From positions 168,684 through 232,683 of IMG/VR virus record IMGVR_UViG_3300044638_006750: a stretch of 64,000 nt of DNA. The stretch is one strand, 5' to 3'. This document shows positions 9,859 to 19,457 of the stretch, in pieces. Numbering within the stretch: position 1 is the stretch's first letter; each line of letters begins with the position of its first letter. The notes under the pieces are model-generated. The model saw nothing but the letters and a program-made list of their open reading frames with translations, searched no databases and was not told the DNA's origin. Made by a program: the position numbers and the translations under genes.

Positions 9859-10720
9859 TCTCTATTTTATTAGCATTATTTGGAATCAAATGTTCTGGAA
9901 TTTCTGTAATCCAATAATCTTTTGGCTTTCCACCAGAATCAATACCAAATAGTTTTTGTATACCAGAACCCATATGTATAGCATCTATATTAAAAGAATG
10001 AATATAGTCTGTTAGAATACACCCCATTGGACCACATCCCACAAAAGCTATATCAAAACTACCTAGCAATGAATCAATTTGCTCTTTCATTATCTTTATA
10101 TCTGTTAAATAATTGTCGTGTGATCCATTATTAAAAAATGTAAAAGGAGTTTTTATTCCAATCATATTTTTTATAGTACTCATTGATGGATATATTTTTT
10201 TTAAATTACCAGAAAAATATTGATCTAGCATCAAATCAGAAAAACCATTAATAATTAATACTCTTTTATTATCTAATAATGGTAATATGGGGGTATAAAT
10301 ACACCAATAGTCTTTGTATTGATCTAGTTCTGATTTATAAATATTGATTAAATTGGTTGAGCAGACCACTTCGTTCTCGATTGCAAAATTTGTTAGTATG
10401 GTTTTATATGGTTCTTTTAGTAAAAATCCATGAATAAATATATGCCAGTATGTAGCTTTATGTATTGATTGTTGACACATATTCAAAAATTGATTATACA
10501 CATCACTATTTTTTACTGATTCAGTATCTATATCAAAATATGTTCCACCAATAGTTTTATCATAAAATCCTGTAGAACTGTATAACCAATTAATAAATTG
10601 ATTTTCTAAATCAGTAATCATTATTTTATCTATTGAATTATCATATTTTTTAGACTTTAAGAGATGTCTACAAAACATAACGGTTGTTTCTGTGTTTCCG
10701 GGTCTGGTGAGTTTTAACAT
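9833..10720 (-). CDS. Glycan-related protein, possibly GT-D-like
   Basis: RVLII, FDIAFVGCGPMG and AIHMGSGIQKLFGI; operon context. Confidence 0.4.
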   Translation of the reverse strand: MLKLTRPGNTETTVMFCRHLLKSKKYDNSIDKIMITDLENQFINWLYSSTGFYDKTIGGTYFDIDTESVKNSDVYNQFLNMCQQSIHKATYWHIFIHGFLLKEPYKTILTNFAIENEVVCSTNLINIYKSELDQYKDYWCIYTPILPLLDNKRVLIINGFSDLMLDQYFSGNLKKIYPSMSTIKNMIGIKTPFTFFNNGSHDNYLTDIKIMKEQIDSLLGSFDIAFVGCGPMGCILTDYIHSFNIDAIHMGSGIQKLFGIDSGGKPKDYWITEIPEHLIPNNANKIENGRYWYGG

Positions 10721-10722
10721 AA

Positions 10723-11505
10723 TTATTTACAGTTTAATTGATATAATGATATATTGATATCTAAAATATTTGTACGCAGTGGAACCTCATGAATTTCTGC
10801 ATCATGATGGTTGTGATATATAGTAAAAGCATCTGGATGATTAATGCCAGATTTATAAAAACGATCAATAATTGGATAATAACTATAGTATCCGTTTGGT
10901 TTAACTGCCTCAGCAAATTTACGATCCCCTACTACTTCTCCTCTGAGATATCCAAATTTTTCCCATATATGTCGAGGAACGGCGAACTCTGTACAATTAA
11001 GCCAATGTACCTTTTGTATTAAATGCCAATCTTCTATATTCTTTTCAATATTTCTACATGTAGACAAAGCTGATCCGCCATAAGCTTTTTGATCATCTTT
11101 TATAAAAGATTCATATAGTGTTTCATAAAATAATAGATAGTCTTTAGCTAATACCGCATCATCTTCAGTAAAAATTACATAGTCGCTATGCTGGAAACAC
11201 TCATCAATTAAGATTTTTGCTCCTTTATATGGTCCAACATTATTATTAGATAATTTAATTATTATATTTTTATATAAGTATTTTTTCTGTTCTTTATAGC
11301 TATAAATATAGTTAATCACATGTTTATTTGCAGCATACCAATGACTCCTATTGTTATAGGACATATTATGAGTATTGTCAATAAAAAAAACAAGAGTATA
11401 TTTTTCTTTTCCTATACACTTTTCTAAAGACGCGAGCAAATCTTGAAGTGTGTCTATTTTTACAAAACACTGTATTCCTATTACGTAATTATTTTGTTGT
11501 TGCAT
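10723..11505 (-). CDS. GT-A glycosyltransferase (GT2/GT13-like)
   Basis: LVFFID, NNVG and VIFTEDDAVLAKDYL. Confidence 0.65.
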   Translation of the reverse strand: MQQQNNYVIGIQCFVKIDTLQDLLASLEKCIGKEKYTLVFFIDNTHNMSYNNRSHWYAANKHVINYIYSYKEQKKYLYKNIIIKLSNNNVGPYKGAKILIDECFQHSDYVIFTEDDAVLAKDYLLFYETLYESFIKDDQKAYGGSALSTCRNIEKNIEDWHLIQKVHWLNCTEFAVPRHIWEKFGYLRGEVVGDRKFAEAVKPNGYYSYYPIIDRFYKSGINHPDAFTIYHNHHDAEIHEVPLRTNILDINISLYQLNCK

Positions 11506-12490
11506 AGTGGTCTAGTGTCCACGCTATAGTTTTTTTCATAGATGTATCAAAATCTACTTTTGGCTTCCAGCCCATATTAGCTAGTTTTGTTCCGTCTAGA
11601 GCATATCTACGGTCATGTCCTGGCCTGGTTTTATGAAAGTCTACATATTCTAATATTGGTGTCTTGTTCATTATATTGCCAATATATTTAACTATTTCAT
11701 CATTTTTAAATTTGGTATCACCCACTACATTATAATGTTCACCAGATATACCGTGTTCAAGTAAAAATAAAGTAGCATTTGCAGCGTTTCTAGCATGGAG
11801 CCAGTGTCTTTCTCCAACATATTCAATTTTTCCATCATCATCTATTTTGGAATGTATTGGTATGGGTAGGTCATGAACAATATGATGTATAGCTTTCGCT
11901 ATTAATTTTTCTTTATTTTGTCTTTCACCAAACATATTCATCGTATATGTTGTAATAATTGGAAGACCATATGTGACATGGTAACTGATTCCAGCAGCGC
12001 CTTGTCCGCACTTACTTCCACTATATGGATTAGACGGCCTCCATCTATCGTCCTCTTTGTAATCATAATCGTTTGGTGCGGGCCCAAAAACCTCATCTGT
12101 TAAATAATTGATAAATACTGCGTCAGGATTAGTTTTTCTATACCATTCCAGTAAATTAACTGTGCCAATTACATTATCCTCAAAAAATTGTTTTGGATGA
12201 GTAATACTTCTGTCTACATGACTATTAGCAGCAAGATGAATAATATAGTCTACTTTTCCTATGCTTTCTGAAAGATGATCTGAAATATCATATTTTAAAT
12301 CATGATACAAAAATTTAATTCTATTTTGAGAATTCTGTATATGTTTACTCATCACAAGTCTATTCATATCTCCTATGTTAGAAAGTCTACATAAGGCGAT
12401 AATATCCCAATTAGTATCGACCAGAACCTCTTCTATCATATGAGAACCAAAAAATCCTGCCGCGCCAGTAATAAGAACAGTTTTTTTCAT
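11489..12490 (-). CDS. rfbB: dTDP-glucose 4,6-dehydratase-like SDR
   Basis: TGAAGFFG, HLAANSHVDRSI, TDEVFG, YSGSK and RPGHDRRYALD. Confidence 0.85.
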   Translation of the reverse strand: MKKTVLITGAAGFFGSHMIEEVLVDTNWDIIALCRLSNIGDMNRLVMSKHIQNSQNRIKFLYHDLKYDISDHLSESIGKVDYIIHLAANSHVDRSITHPKQFFEDNVIGTVNLLEWYRKTNPDAVFINYLTDEVFGPAPNDYDYKEDDRWRPSNPYSGSKCGQGAAGISYHVTYGLPIITTYTMNMFGERQNKEKLIAKAIHHIVHDLPIPIHSKIDDDGKIEYVGERHWLHARNAANATLFLLEHGISGEHYNVVGDTKFKNDEIVKYIGNIMNKTPILEYVDFHKTRPGHDRRYALDGTKLANMGWKPKVDFDTSMKKTIAWTLDHYATTK

Positions 12491-12511
12491 AGTATTAACA
12501 CCATTAAATTT

Positions 12512-13210
12512 TTAGTTGGTTGGTACGCAATATGTAAATTGTTGATTTTGATTAATATGACAAAATTCTATATCATGTTTGATAACTTTAATATTATTTT
12601 GTCGAAGCCATGTCAAGAGTCTGGTTTCTGAATTACCCGGTATAGCATTACATATATTATAGAAGTCACAATAAATTTGCATAGCTTTTGGTCTACCTAT
12701 AGCCAATCTATCACAAATGCCATCAAAATCGAATTTTTGTGGTACTATAATAGTATGATTATCCAAACCGTTTAAATTTATGTTTAATATTGGCTTATAG
12801 AAAAACAGATCTGGTCGTATTCTGATTATATAGTCAAAGGTATCAGATATTTCTGATATTAAATTATAGGCTCCTTTTACAAAATACCACTGCAACATAA
12901 AATGTTTAAATTTATCTTCATGAACAGTATTATTATTCATTTGACTATGAAATTGTGACCAACCACCTATACCATTAGGTATGCAGAACGCATGAAGGTC
13001 TTCTACTGGATCTTTTTTCCATATTTTTTTTTCTATAATTTTTTGATATTCATTAATAACAGTTTCAATATTATAATTTCCCTCTAGTATATTAAAAACA
13101 TAATTAATGTCATAGTCTTGAAAAATATCTTCAAAATATTTTTGTATAGTTGGATAACTATAGACAAAACCTCTTAATTGTCCAGAAAATAAAAATGCTA
13201 CTTTACTCAT
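12512..13210 (-). CDS. Putative glycosyltransferase (GQLR...RIRPDL type)
   Basis: VAFLFSGQLR, YIIRIRPDL and CDRLAIG motifs, which are common in phage glyco-loci. Confidence 0.45.
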   Translation of the reverse strand: MSKVAFLFSGQLRGFVYSYPTIQKYFEDIFQDYDINYVFNILEGNYNIETVINEYQKIIEKKIWKKDPVEDLHAFCIPNGIGGWSQFHSQMNNNTVHEDKFKHFMLQWYFVKGAYNLISEISDTFDYIIRIRPDLFFYKPILNINLNGLDNHTIIVPQKFDFDGICDRLAIGRPKAMQIYCDFYNICNAIPGNSETRLLTWLRQNNIKVIKHDIEFCHINQNQQFTYCVPTN

Positions 13211-14150
13211 ATAATGATTGATATATTTCTATAAATTCTTTAGATCTCGTTGGTAATACGTCTTCATTATTTATTAATTTTAACGTATTTCTATATCCAA
13301 CAATTTCATTTTCTAAATTTTTAATTAAGTCCTGAGGATTTCTATCTTGATAAACAGATGCCTTATTATATATAAGAGAATTTGGAAAAACTCTTTGTAT
13401 AGTATAGGATGGCCATATGTCATCCATTCTCCCAACATGAGGAAGAACATAATAGTGTTTCATTACAGATTTATGTAAAAATGTATTTTGGCTATTAAAT
13501 GGAGATATGTTAGTGCTACAATATGGTCTGGTAATATCAAATTTAACTAGTGGTTTATATGATAGTCTACACATAGCATCTATATCTGGATCCCCATCCC
13601 ACAAATCAGCTTGAATCAATGGTTTAAGATGTGTTTTCCCTCTATATATAAAAGAATTTTTTTTCCATAAAAGCTCTATAGGAAATCCTCTGTGCCATAA
13701 ATGAGGGTAGTTTGTTACGGAAAGAGGATCGAATACGCCGCTGTCATTTTCATACAGATCACACTCTATAGTTTTATCTATATGTATGTCCGATGACCAT
13801 GAATCATATGGTATATTATCATCATCTACCGTAGCTATAATAGTATTATTAGTTTTTGATGCATATATAAATCCTATATTTCTTCTTTGAATAGAATTCC
13901 ATCCTATATTATCTGATAATTCTTTAAGAGAATATTCTTGTTCATCTGGATGTATATACTGAACAGCTTTTCCGTGTTCTTTAGCTAATTTTTGATATAG
14001 TTCATGTGGAGTTTTTTTATCTCCAACTATAAAAAATATATATTCTTTTTCTTGAGCAATTTTACAAAACTTTATAGTCGCCTCTGTTGGGCTATTGATT
14101 GTTGTGGTAACTATACTAATACTCATTTTTGATAAACGCTTTCTAGCCAT
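13203..14150 (-). CDS. STELLO (DUF288)/RGP-like GT75-type protein
   Basis: VGDKKTP, RRNIGF, TVDDDN, WHRGFP, DGDPDIDA, FNSQNT and GRMDDIW. Confidence 0.75.
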   Translation of the reverse strand: MARKRLSKMSISIVTTTINSPTEATIKFCKIAQEKEYIFFIVGDKKTPHELYQKLAKEHGKAVQYIHPDEQEYSLKELSDNIGWNSIQRRNIGFIYASKTNNTIIATVDDDNIPYDSWSSDIHIDKTIECDLYENDSGVFDPLSVTNYPHLWHRGFPIELLWKKNSFIYRGKTHLKPLIQADLWDGDPDIDAMCRLSYKPLVKFDITRPYCSTNISPFNSQNTFLHKSVMKHYYVLPHVGRMDDIWPSYTIQRVFPNSLIYNKASVYQDRNPQDLIKNLENEIVGYRNTLKLINNEDVLPTRSKEFIEIYQSLYE

Positions 14151-15094
14151 TTATATAGCTTAATAGTACCATCCTTAAGTGGGTAGTTTGGCTGCCATCC
14201 TAGTTTTTGTTTAATAAGAGTATTATCAGAATTTCTACCCTTGACACCCTCTGGACCAGGAATATTTTTAATAGTTAAATTTTTACCAGATATATCAATA
14301 ATCATTTGAGTAAAATTATTAATGCTAATCATTTCATCAGAACCTATATTCACAGGACCAGAAAAATTAGATCTGTTTAATCTAATAATGCCTTCCACAC
14401 ATTCGTCTACGTATAAAAATGACCTAGTTTGATTGCCACTACCCCAAATTTCAATAGTGGAATTATTGGGGGCTTCTAAAACTTTTCTGCATAGTGCTGC
14501 TGGAGATTTTTCCCTGCCCCCTTTGTATGTGCATTCTATACCAAAAATATTATGAAATCTAGCAACATGAATATTTAAACCAAAATTACGTTGGTATGCA
14601 AGATAAAGTCTTTCACTAAATAATTTCTCCCAGCCATACTCACTATCTGGTTCAGCAGGGTATGCTGAAGCTTCGTTGCATTTAGGATTGTCTGGATCTG
14701 TTTGATTATATGCTGGATATGCACAAGCGCTGCTACTATAGAATAAAGATCCGACGCCATATTTATGAGCATACTTTGCAACCAACAGGTTTATAGATGC
14801 GGAGTTAGTCATAACATTAGCGTCATTTTCTCCTGTAAAAATATATCCCGCGCCTCCCATATCAGCAGCTAATTGATATATTTCATCGAATGGTTTATTG
14901 TTGGAATCTAATAAAACAGCTGATACAGTATCCTCGTCTGTAAGATCCCCTATAATAAATTCATCTGCTGGACTAATAGAATAAGCAGGATGGTGAAGAT
15001 CGACACTACGAACCCATAGTCCTTCAAGCTTTAGTCTTTTGACTAAATGAGATCCTATAAATCCTCCGCCTCCTAATACTAATGCAGTTTTCAT
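14123..15094 (-). CDS. GDP-mannose 3,5-epimerase-like NAD-dependent epimerase
   Basis: GGGGFIG, LAADMGGAGYI, YSSSACAYP, YGWEK, RFHNIFG and GPEGVKGRNSDN. Confidence 0.85.
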   Translation of the reverse strand: MKTALVLGGGGFIGSHLVKRLKLEGLWVRSVDLHHPAYSISPADEFIIGDLTDEDTVSAVLLDSNNKPFDEIYQLAADMGGAGYIFTGENDANVMTNSASINLLVAKYAHKYGVGSLFYSSSACAYPAYNQTDPDNPKCNEASAYPAEPDSEYGWEKLFSERLYLAYQRNFGLNIHVARFHNIFGIECTYKGGREKSPAALCRKVLEAPNNSTIEIWGSGNQTRSFLYVDECVEGIIRLNRSNFSGPVNIGSDEMISINNFTQMIIDISGKNLTIKNIPGPEGVKGRNSDNTLIKQKLGWQPNYPLKDGTIKLYKWLESVYQK

Positions 15095-15103
15095 TATTTT
15101 TAT

Positions 15104-15661
15104 TTACTCCTTAATTATGTACCAGCTGTGATCTAAAAAGGTTTTAAGCGAAGTATTTTTATTTAAAATAAACTCATCTATAGCTTGTTTGGTTCCTGGA
15201 TGATCTATACTGTAATCATGTCCAGCTAAAATACCACCACTTATTAGTTTTGGATACCAAACAGAAATGTCTGTTTTCACATTATCATAGTCATGATTAC
15301 CATCTATATAAACCATATCTATAGATTCATTTGCAAATCTAGAACAGGCTTTTGTTGATATGGTTTTTAACTTTTTACATCTGTTGTTTTTAATAAAATC
15401 TTCCAATCTAGCATCAAAAATTTTTTCATAGATCGGATTTTGGTTCCATGGATCGACACAATGTATAGAATGAATATTTTCAAAGCCAAGAAAAATAGTT
15501 GTGGATTCACCAAGGTGAGAACCTATTTCAACCAAATTATTAATATTGGGTTTATCTTTTAGTATACTATTTATCATACTAATTAGTCCAACAACTTGGC
15601 TAGACTCAGCATCTGACCACCAAGGGAAAAATCGTACAGACATAATATAATTAGTGTCCAT
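15104..15661 (-). CDS. Class I SAM-dependent methyltransferase (Methyltransf_24-like)
   Basis: VEIGSHLGES, VDPW, VYIDGNHDY and GGILAGHDY. Confidence 0.85.
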   Translation of the reverse strand: MDTNYIMSVRFFPWWSDAESSQVVGLISMINSILKDKPNINNLVEIGSHLGESTTIFLGFENIHSIHCVDPWNQNPIYEKIFDARLEDFIKNNRCKKLKTISTKACSRFANESIDMVYIDGNHDYDNVKTDISVWYPKLISGGILAGHDYSIDHPGTKQAIDEFILNKNTSLKTFLDHSWYIIKE

Positions 15662-15664
15662 GAT

Positions 15665-15907
15665 CTACCATTTTTCTATAGGACACTTTTGGTCGGCCCA
15701 GGCTAATTTATTTAGAAAATGTTTTTTATTTGATAAATTACAACCACATATGCCACATTGATTATTTACTCTGTCAAAATTTTCACAATATATACAAATA
15801 TTCCATCTTCGATCTATTTCAACCTGGGTTGATTTTGGAAAACCAGCCCATACATGAAACCACAAAGATTTAAGAAAGGTTGTTATTCTTAATAAGAGTA
15901 TCGACAT
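15665..15907 (-). CDS. Small Cys-rich protein (DUF6171-like)
   Basis: R..IC..C......C..CGC...K......CP..KW pattern. Confidence 0.55.
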   Translation of the reverse strand: MSILLLRITTFLKSLWFHVWAGFPKSTQVEIDRRWNICIYCENFDRVNNQCGICGCNLSNKKHFLNKLAWADQKCPIEKW

Positions 15908-16127
15908 TTGTCTGGTTCTTTATAGGATAAAAGTTATTATCTTTATCTAGAGAATATAAGCTAGACTCCTGCACTATAGTATTAGGCTTAAACCAAGATG
16001 CACAGCCATTTTTTAGGTTTATACAATTTTTTTCGCCACTTTTTTTGAAATCTGCTGTTACAATATATAGATTATCTAAATAATTAAAGCAGTCTGCGTG
16101 TTTCAATTCCTCTATGTATTTGTCCAT
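15870..16127 (-). CDS. Hypothetical protein
   Basis: ORF tiles with its neighbours in the operon. Confidence 0.55.
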   Translation of the reverse strand: MDKYIEELKHADCFNYLDNLYIVTADFKKSGEKNCINLKNGCASWFKPNTIVQESSLYSLDKDNNFYPIKNQTNVDTLIKNNNLS

Positions 16128-16137
16128 AAATTAGATC

Positions 16138-16350
16138 TTATCGATTGTACTTTCTCAGTTGTTCTTCCCAATCCTCCCACAGTTCGTCTTGGTTCATGTC
16201 TATTTTTTTAGATTTGAATTCATTCTTGATTTTAATTTTTTTCTTGAATTCCTCATTCTCTTGTTTTTGGATTGGCAAACCCTTTTTCTTAAAAAAATTT
16301 TCTCTTCTTAAAGATTTTCTATCCTCATAATCTTTTTTATTTTTTGACAT
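16138..16350 (-). CDS. Hypothetical basic protein, first gene of the leftward operon
   Basis: GGAG upstream; lies downstream of the promoter at 16402-16429. Confidence 0.55.
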   Translation of the reverse strand: MSKNKKDYEDRKSLRRENFFKKKGLPIQKQENEEFKKKIKIKNEFKSKKIDMNQDELWEDWEEQLRKYNR

Positions 16351-16401
16351 GACAAATCGAATTTTATCTCCCTAGCTATTGAAGTAAAGTGAACAACCAA
16401 T

Positions 16402-16429
16402 ATAGTACACCCAGACTGATGGTTGTCAA
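16402..16429 (-). promoter_or_regulatory. Sigma70-type promoter for the leftward glyco-operon
   Basis: Minus strand TTGACA-16-TACTAT. Confidence 0.6.
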
Positions 16430-16456
16430 TATCTTTTTTGTCTAGATTTTCTTTGC

Positions 16457-16486
16457 TTGACAGAGCTAAAAACGAGCTTATATATT
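16457..16486 (+). promoter_or_regulatory. Sigma70-type promoter for the rightward glyco-operon
   Basis: TTGACA at 16457 and TATATT at 16481 (18 nt spacer); divergent from the previous promoter. Confidence 0.5.
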
Positions 16487-16549
16487 ATGCAGGCCCGGTA
16501 AGATAACTTATAGGGTATACTTTACCTCTAATACAATACAATCTATTAC

Positions 16550-18208
16550 ATGCATAATACAACTCTCGTTACGGGTATATGGGATCTTGGTAGGTCTGGA
16601 CTAGAAGAGGGGTGGTCAAGGAAATTTGATCATTACGTAGACCACTTCAAGAGGCTGCTAGAAGCAACAAAAGACACGAATATGTGTGTTTTTATAGATC
16701 CTGAGCACGAAAAGATAGTATGGGATGTACGAGATAAAAGCAACACAGCAGTCATTAATCAATCTGCAAAATCATTTAACAGTAGTTTTTTTCCATTTTT
16801 TGATAAAGTACAATCTATAAGAACCAATCCAGACTGGTATAATCAGGTTGGATGGCTTAAAGAAAGCACACAAGCTAAAATGGAATGGTATAATCCGATG
16901 GTTATGAGCAAAATGTTCATGCTGCATAACGCTAAATGCTATAACATATTCAATACAGACTATTATTTTTGGATAGATGGAGGTATAACTAATACTATAC
17001 ATCCTGGATATTTTTATCATGACAAAGTAATAGAAAAAATAGAACAATTAGTTAATAAATTCTTGTTCGTATGTTTTCCATATGAAACAAATAGCGAAAT
17101 ACATGGTTTTAAGATAGATGCCATGAAAAAATTCGCACAATCAGAAATTGTCAATAGGGTTGCAAGAGGAGGATTTTTTGGTGGACATAAAGAATTTATA
17201 TCATATGCAAATGATATGTATTATGGTCTTCTAAGAGACTCATTGAACGAAGGGTTGATGGGAACCGAAGAAAGTATTTTTACATTAATGACTTATCTTG
17301 ATCCTGAAGTTTTTCAGGTAGAAATGATTAATGATAATGGTTTGCTTGGTACATTTTTTGAAAATGTGAAGGACAATAAAACAGAATTAGCTAAAAGTAT
17401 TAGTCCTAAAAAAGTATCTCATAAAAATAATGATATTATAGTATATATTAATGCTTTCAATTCTCCAGAGCAACTACAAATGGTTTGCGATTCTTTTGAA
17501 AAGAACGATAAAGCCTTTTTAACAGACACTAAAATTTATCTTATTAATAATACCACAAAAGAAGAACTATTTCCTATATACGATAAAATATCAGAAAAAT
17601 ATGGTTTTACAGAAATAAGGAAAGGCAATATTGGGGTTTGTGGAGGTAGGCAACTAGCCGCCGAACACTTCGCTGAGTTGGGTGCAAAATATATGTTATT
17701 TTTTGAAGATGATATGTTGGTTGATAGTGGAGAAAATAGATATTGTAAATTTGGTTTTAGAAAAAATATTAGCAATTTATTAAAAAACTCTATCTCTATT
17801 ATGGATATAGAGAACTATGATTTTTTGAAGTTAACATTTAGTGAGTTTTATGGTAATAATTCAGAACAATGGGCGTGGCATAATGTGCCAGGAGAGAGGA
17901 AAATAGAATACTTTGGAAATATAAAAAAAAGACCACAAACAAAGTTTTCTTCTATAAAAACATTTAACGGTATTCCATATGCAGAGGGAGAGATTTACTA
18001 TTCCAACTGGCCTCATATTATATCTCAGGACGGAAACAAGAAAATGTTTCTAGACACTACATGGGCGCATCCTTTTGAACAGACATGGATGAGCCATATT
18101 TATACATTAACAAGAGAAAACCAAGTTAAGCCTGCAATTCTTTTAGCTAGTCCAATAACACATAATAGGGTGCATTTCTATGAAGCGTCAGAGAGGAAAG
18201 AAAACTGA
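16550..18208 (+). CDS. HtrL/YibB (WlaTC)-like glycosyltransferase fused to a GT-A domain
   Basis: TLVTGIWDLGR, YFWIDGG, GGFFGG and GTEESIFT (HtrL-like); LFFEDDM in the C-terminal domain. Confidence 0.7.
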   Translation: MHNTTLVTGIWDLGRSGLEEGWSRKFDHYVDHFKRLLEATKDTNMCVFIDPEHEKIVWDVRDKSNTAVINQSAKSFNSSFFPFFDKVQSIRTNPDWYNQVGWLKESTQAKMEWYNPMVMSKMFMLHNAKCYNIFNTDYYFWIDGGITNTIHPGYFYHDKVIEKIEQLVNKFLFVCFPYETNSEIHGFKIDAMKKFAQSEIVNRVARGGFFGGHKEFISYANDMYYGLLRDSLNEGLMGTEESIFTLMTYLDPEVFQVEMINDNGLLGTFFENVKDNKTELAKSISPKKVSHKNNDIIVYINAFNSPEQLQMVCDSFEKNDKAFLTDTKIYLINNTTKEELFPIYDKISEKYGFTEIRKGNIGVCGGRQLAAEHFAELGAKYMLFFEDDMLVDSGENRYCKFGFRKNISNLLKNSISIMDIENYDFLKLTFSEFYGNNSEQWAWHNVPGERKIEYFGNIKKRPQTKFSSIKTFNGIPYAEGEIYYSNWPHIISQDGNKKMFLDTTWAHPFEQTWMSHIYTLTRENQVKPAILLASPITHNRVHFYEASERKEN

Positions 18209-19457
18209 TAATTTGATTTTTGTACAGATAGCGTCATATCGTGATCCAGAGCTATTGAATACTCTAAGAGATATGATTAATAATGCTGTACATCCAGAAA
18301 ATCTTAGAATCGGTATCGCTTGGCAGCATAGCGATGCAGACAGTTGGGATAAACTTGATGAATTTAAAGATGATTCTAGGTTTAGAATTCTAGACATCAA
18401 TTACAAAGACTCTAAGGGTGTTTGTTGGGCGAGAAATGCCGTTCAACAACTATATGATGGAGAAAAGTACACCCTACAACTAGATTCACACCATAGATTT
18501 GCAAAAGACTGGGATAAAACTTTAATAGATATGCTAGTAGGACTACAAAAGGAAGGCTATGCAAAGCCCCTTATTACTGCATATATACCTAGTTTTGATC
18601 CAGAACATGATCCGGAAAAAAGGGTTCAAGAACCATGGAAAATGAATTTCGATAGATTCATACCCGAGGGCGCAATATTCTTTTTGCCAGCATCTCTTGA
18701 ATCTTTCAACGATAAGGATAGACCTATTAAGGGAAGATTCTATTCTGCTCATTTTGCTTTTACTGTTGGAGAATTTTGTAAAGAAGTTCCACATGATCCT
18801 AATTACTACTTTCATGGAGAAGAAATTAGCATAGCAGTTAGAGCATATACTCATGGTTATGATATATTTCATCCTCATAAAGTTGTTTGCTGGCACGAAT
18901 ATACTAGAAAAGGCAGATCAAAACAATGGGACGATGATCCTGTTTGGCCTCAAAGAAATAATGATTCTCATATGAGAAACAGAAAGTTGTTCGAAATGGA
19001 CGGATTAACAAATGATATTGATTTTGGTCCATGGGGTTTTGGTAAAAAGCGTACAGTAGCAGATTATGAGAAATATGCAGGTATATCGTTTAAGAAAAGA
19101 GCTGTACAAAGATACACATTAGACCATAAAGAGCCGCCAAATCCAACTTATGCCACAGAAGAAGAATATCAAAAATCATTTCTGAATATCTTCAAGCACT
19201 GTATTGATATTGGCTATTCTCAAGTACCCGAAACAGATTATGATTTCTGGTGTGTTGCATTTAAAGATGAAAATGGTCAGGATCTTTATAGACAAGATGC
19301 TGATGAAGCAGAAATTGCAAGAATGAAAAATGATCCTGATGGCTACTGTAAGGTATGGAGAGAGTTTTCTACAGAAGTTAAACCAAAAAGTTGGGTGGTG
19401 TGGCCTCATAGTAGATCAAAAGGCTGGTGTGATATGATTCAAGGAAATCTTCCGTGA
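18180..19457 (+). CDS. GT60/Gnt1-like GlcNAc transferase (Skp1-hydroxyproline GlcNAcT family) with a C-terminal extension
   Basis: IFVQIASYRD, GVCWAR, LQLDSHHRF, FHGEEI and AYTHGYDIFHP. Confidence 0.8.
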   Translation: MKRQRGKKTDNLIFVQIASYRDPELLNTLRDMINNAVHPENLRIGIAWQHSDADSWDKLDEFKDDSRFRILDINYKDSKGVCWARNAVQQLYDGEKYTLQLDSHHRFAKDWDKTLIDMLVGLQKEGYAKPLITAYIPSFDPEHDPEKRVQEPWKMNFDRFIPEGAIFFLPASLESFNDKDRPIKGRFYSAHFAFTVGEFCKEVPHDPNYYFHGEEISIAVRAYTHGYDIFHPHKVVCWHEYTRKGRSKQWDDDPVWPQRNNDSHMRNRKLFEMDGLTNDIDFGPWGFGKKRTVADYEKYAGISFKKRAVQRYTLDHKEPPNPTYATEEEYQKSFLNIFKHCIDIGYSQVPETDYDFWCVAFKDENGQDLYRQDADEAEIARMKNDPDGYCKVWREFSTEVKPKSWVVWPHSRSKGWCDMIQGNLP

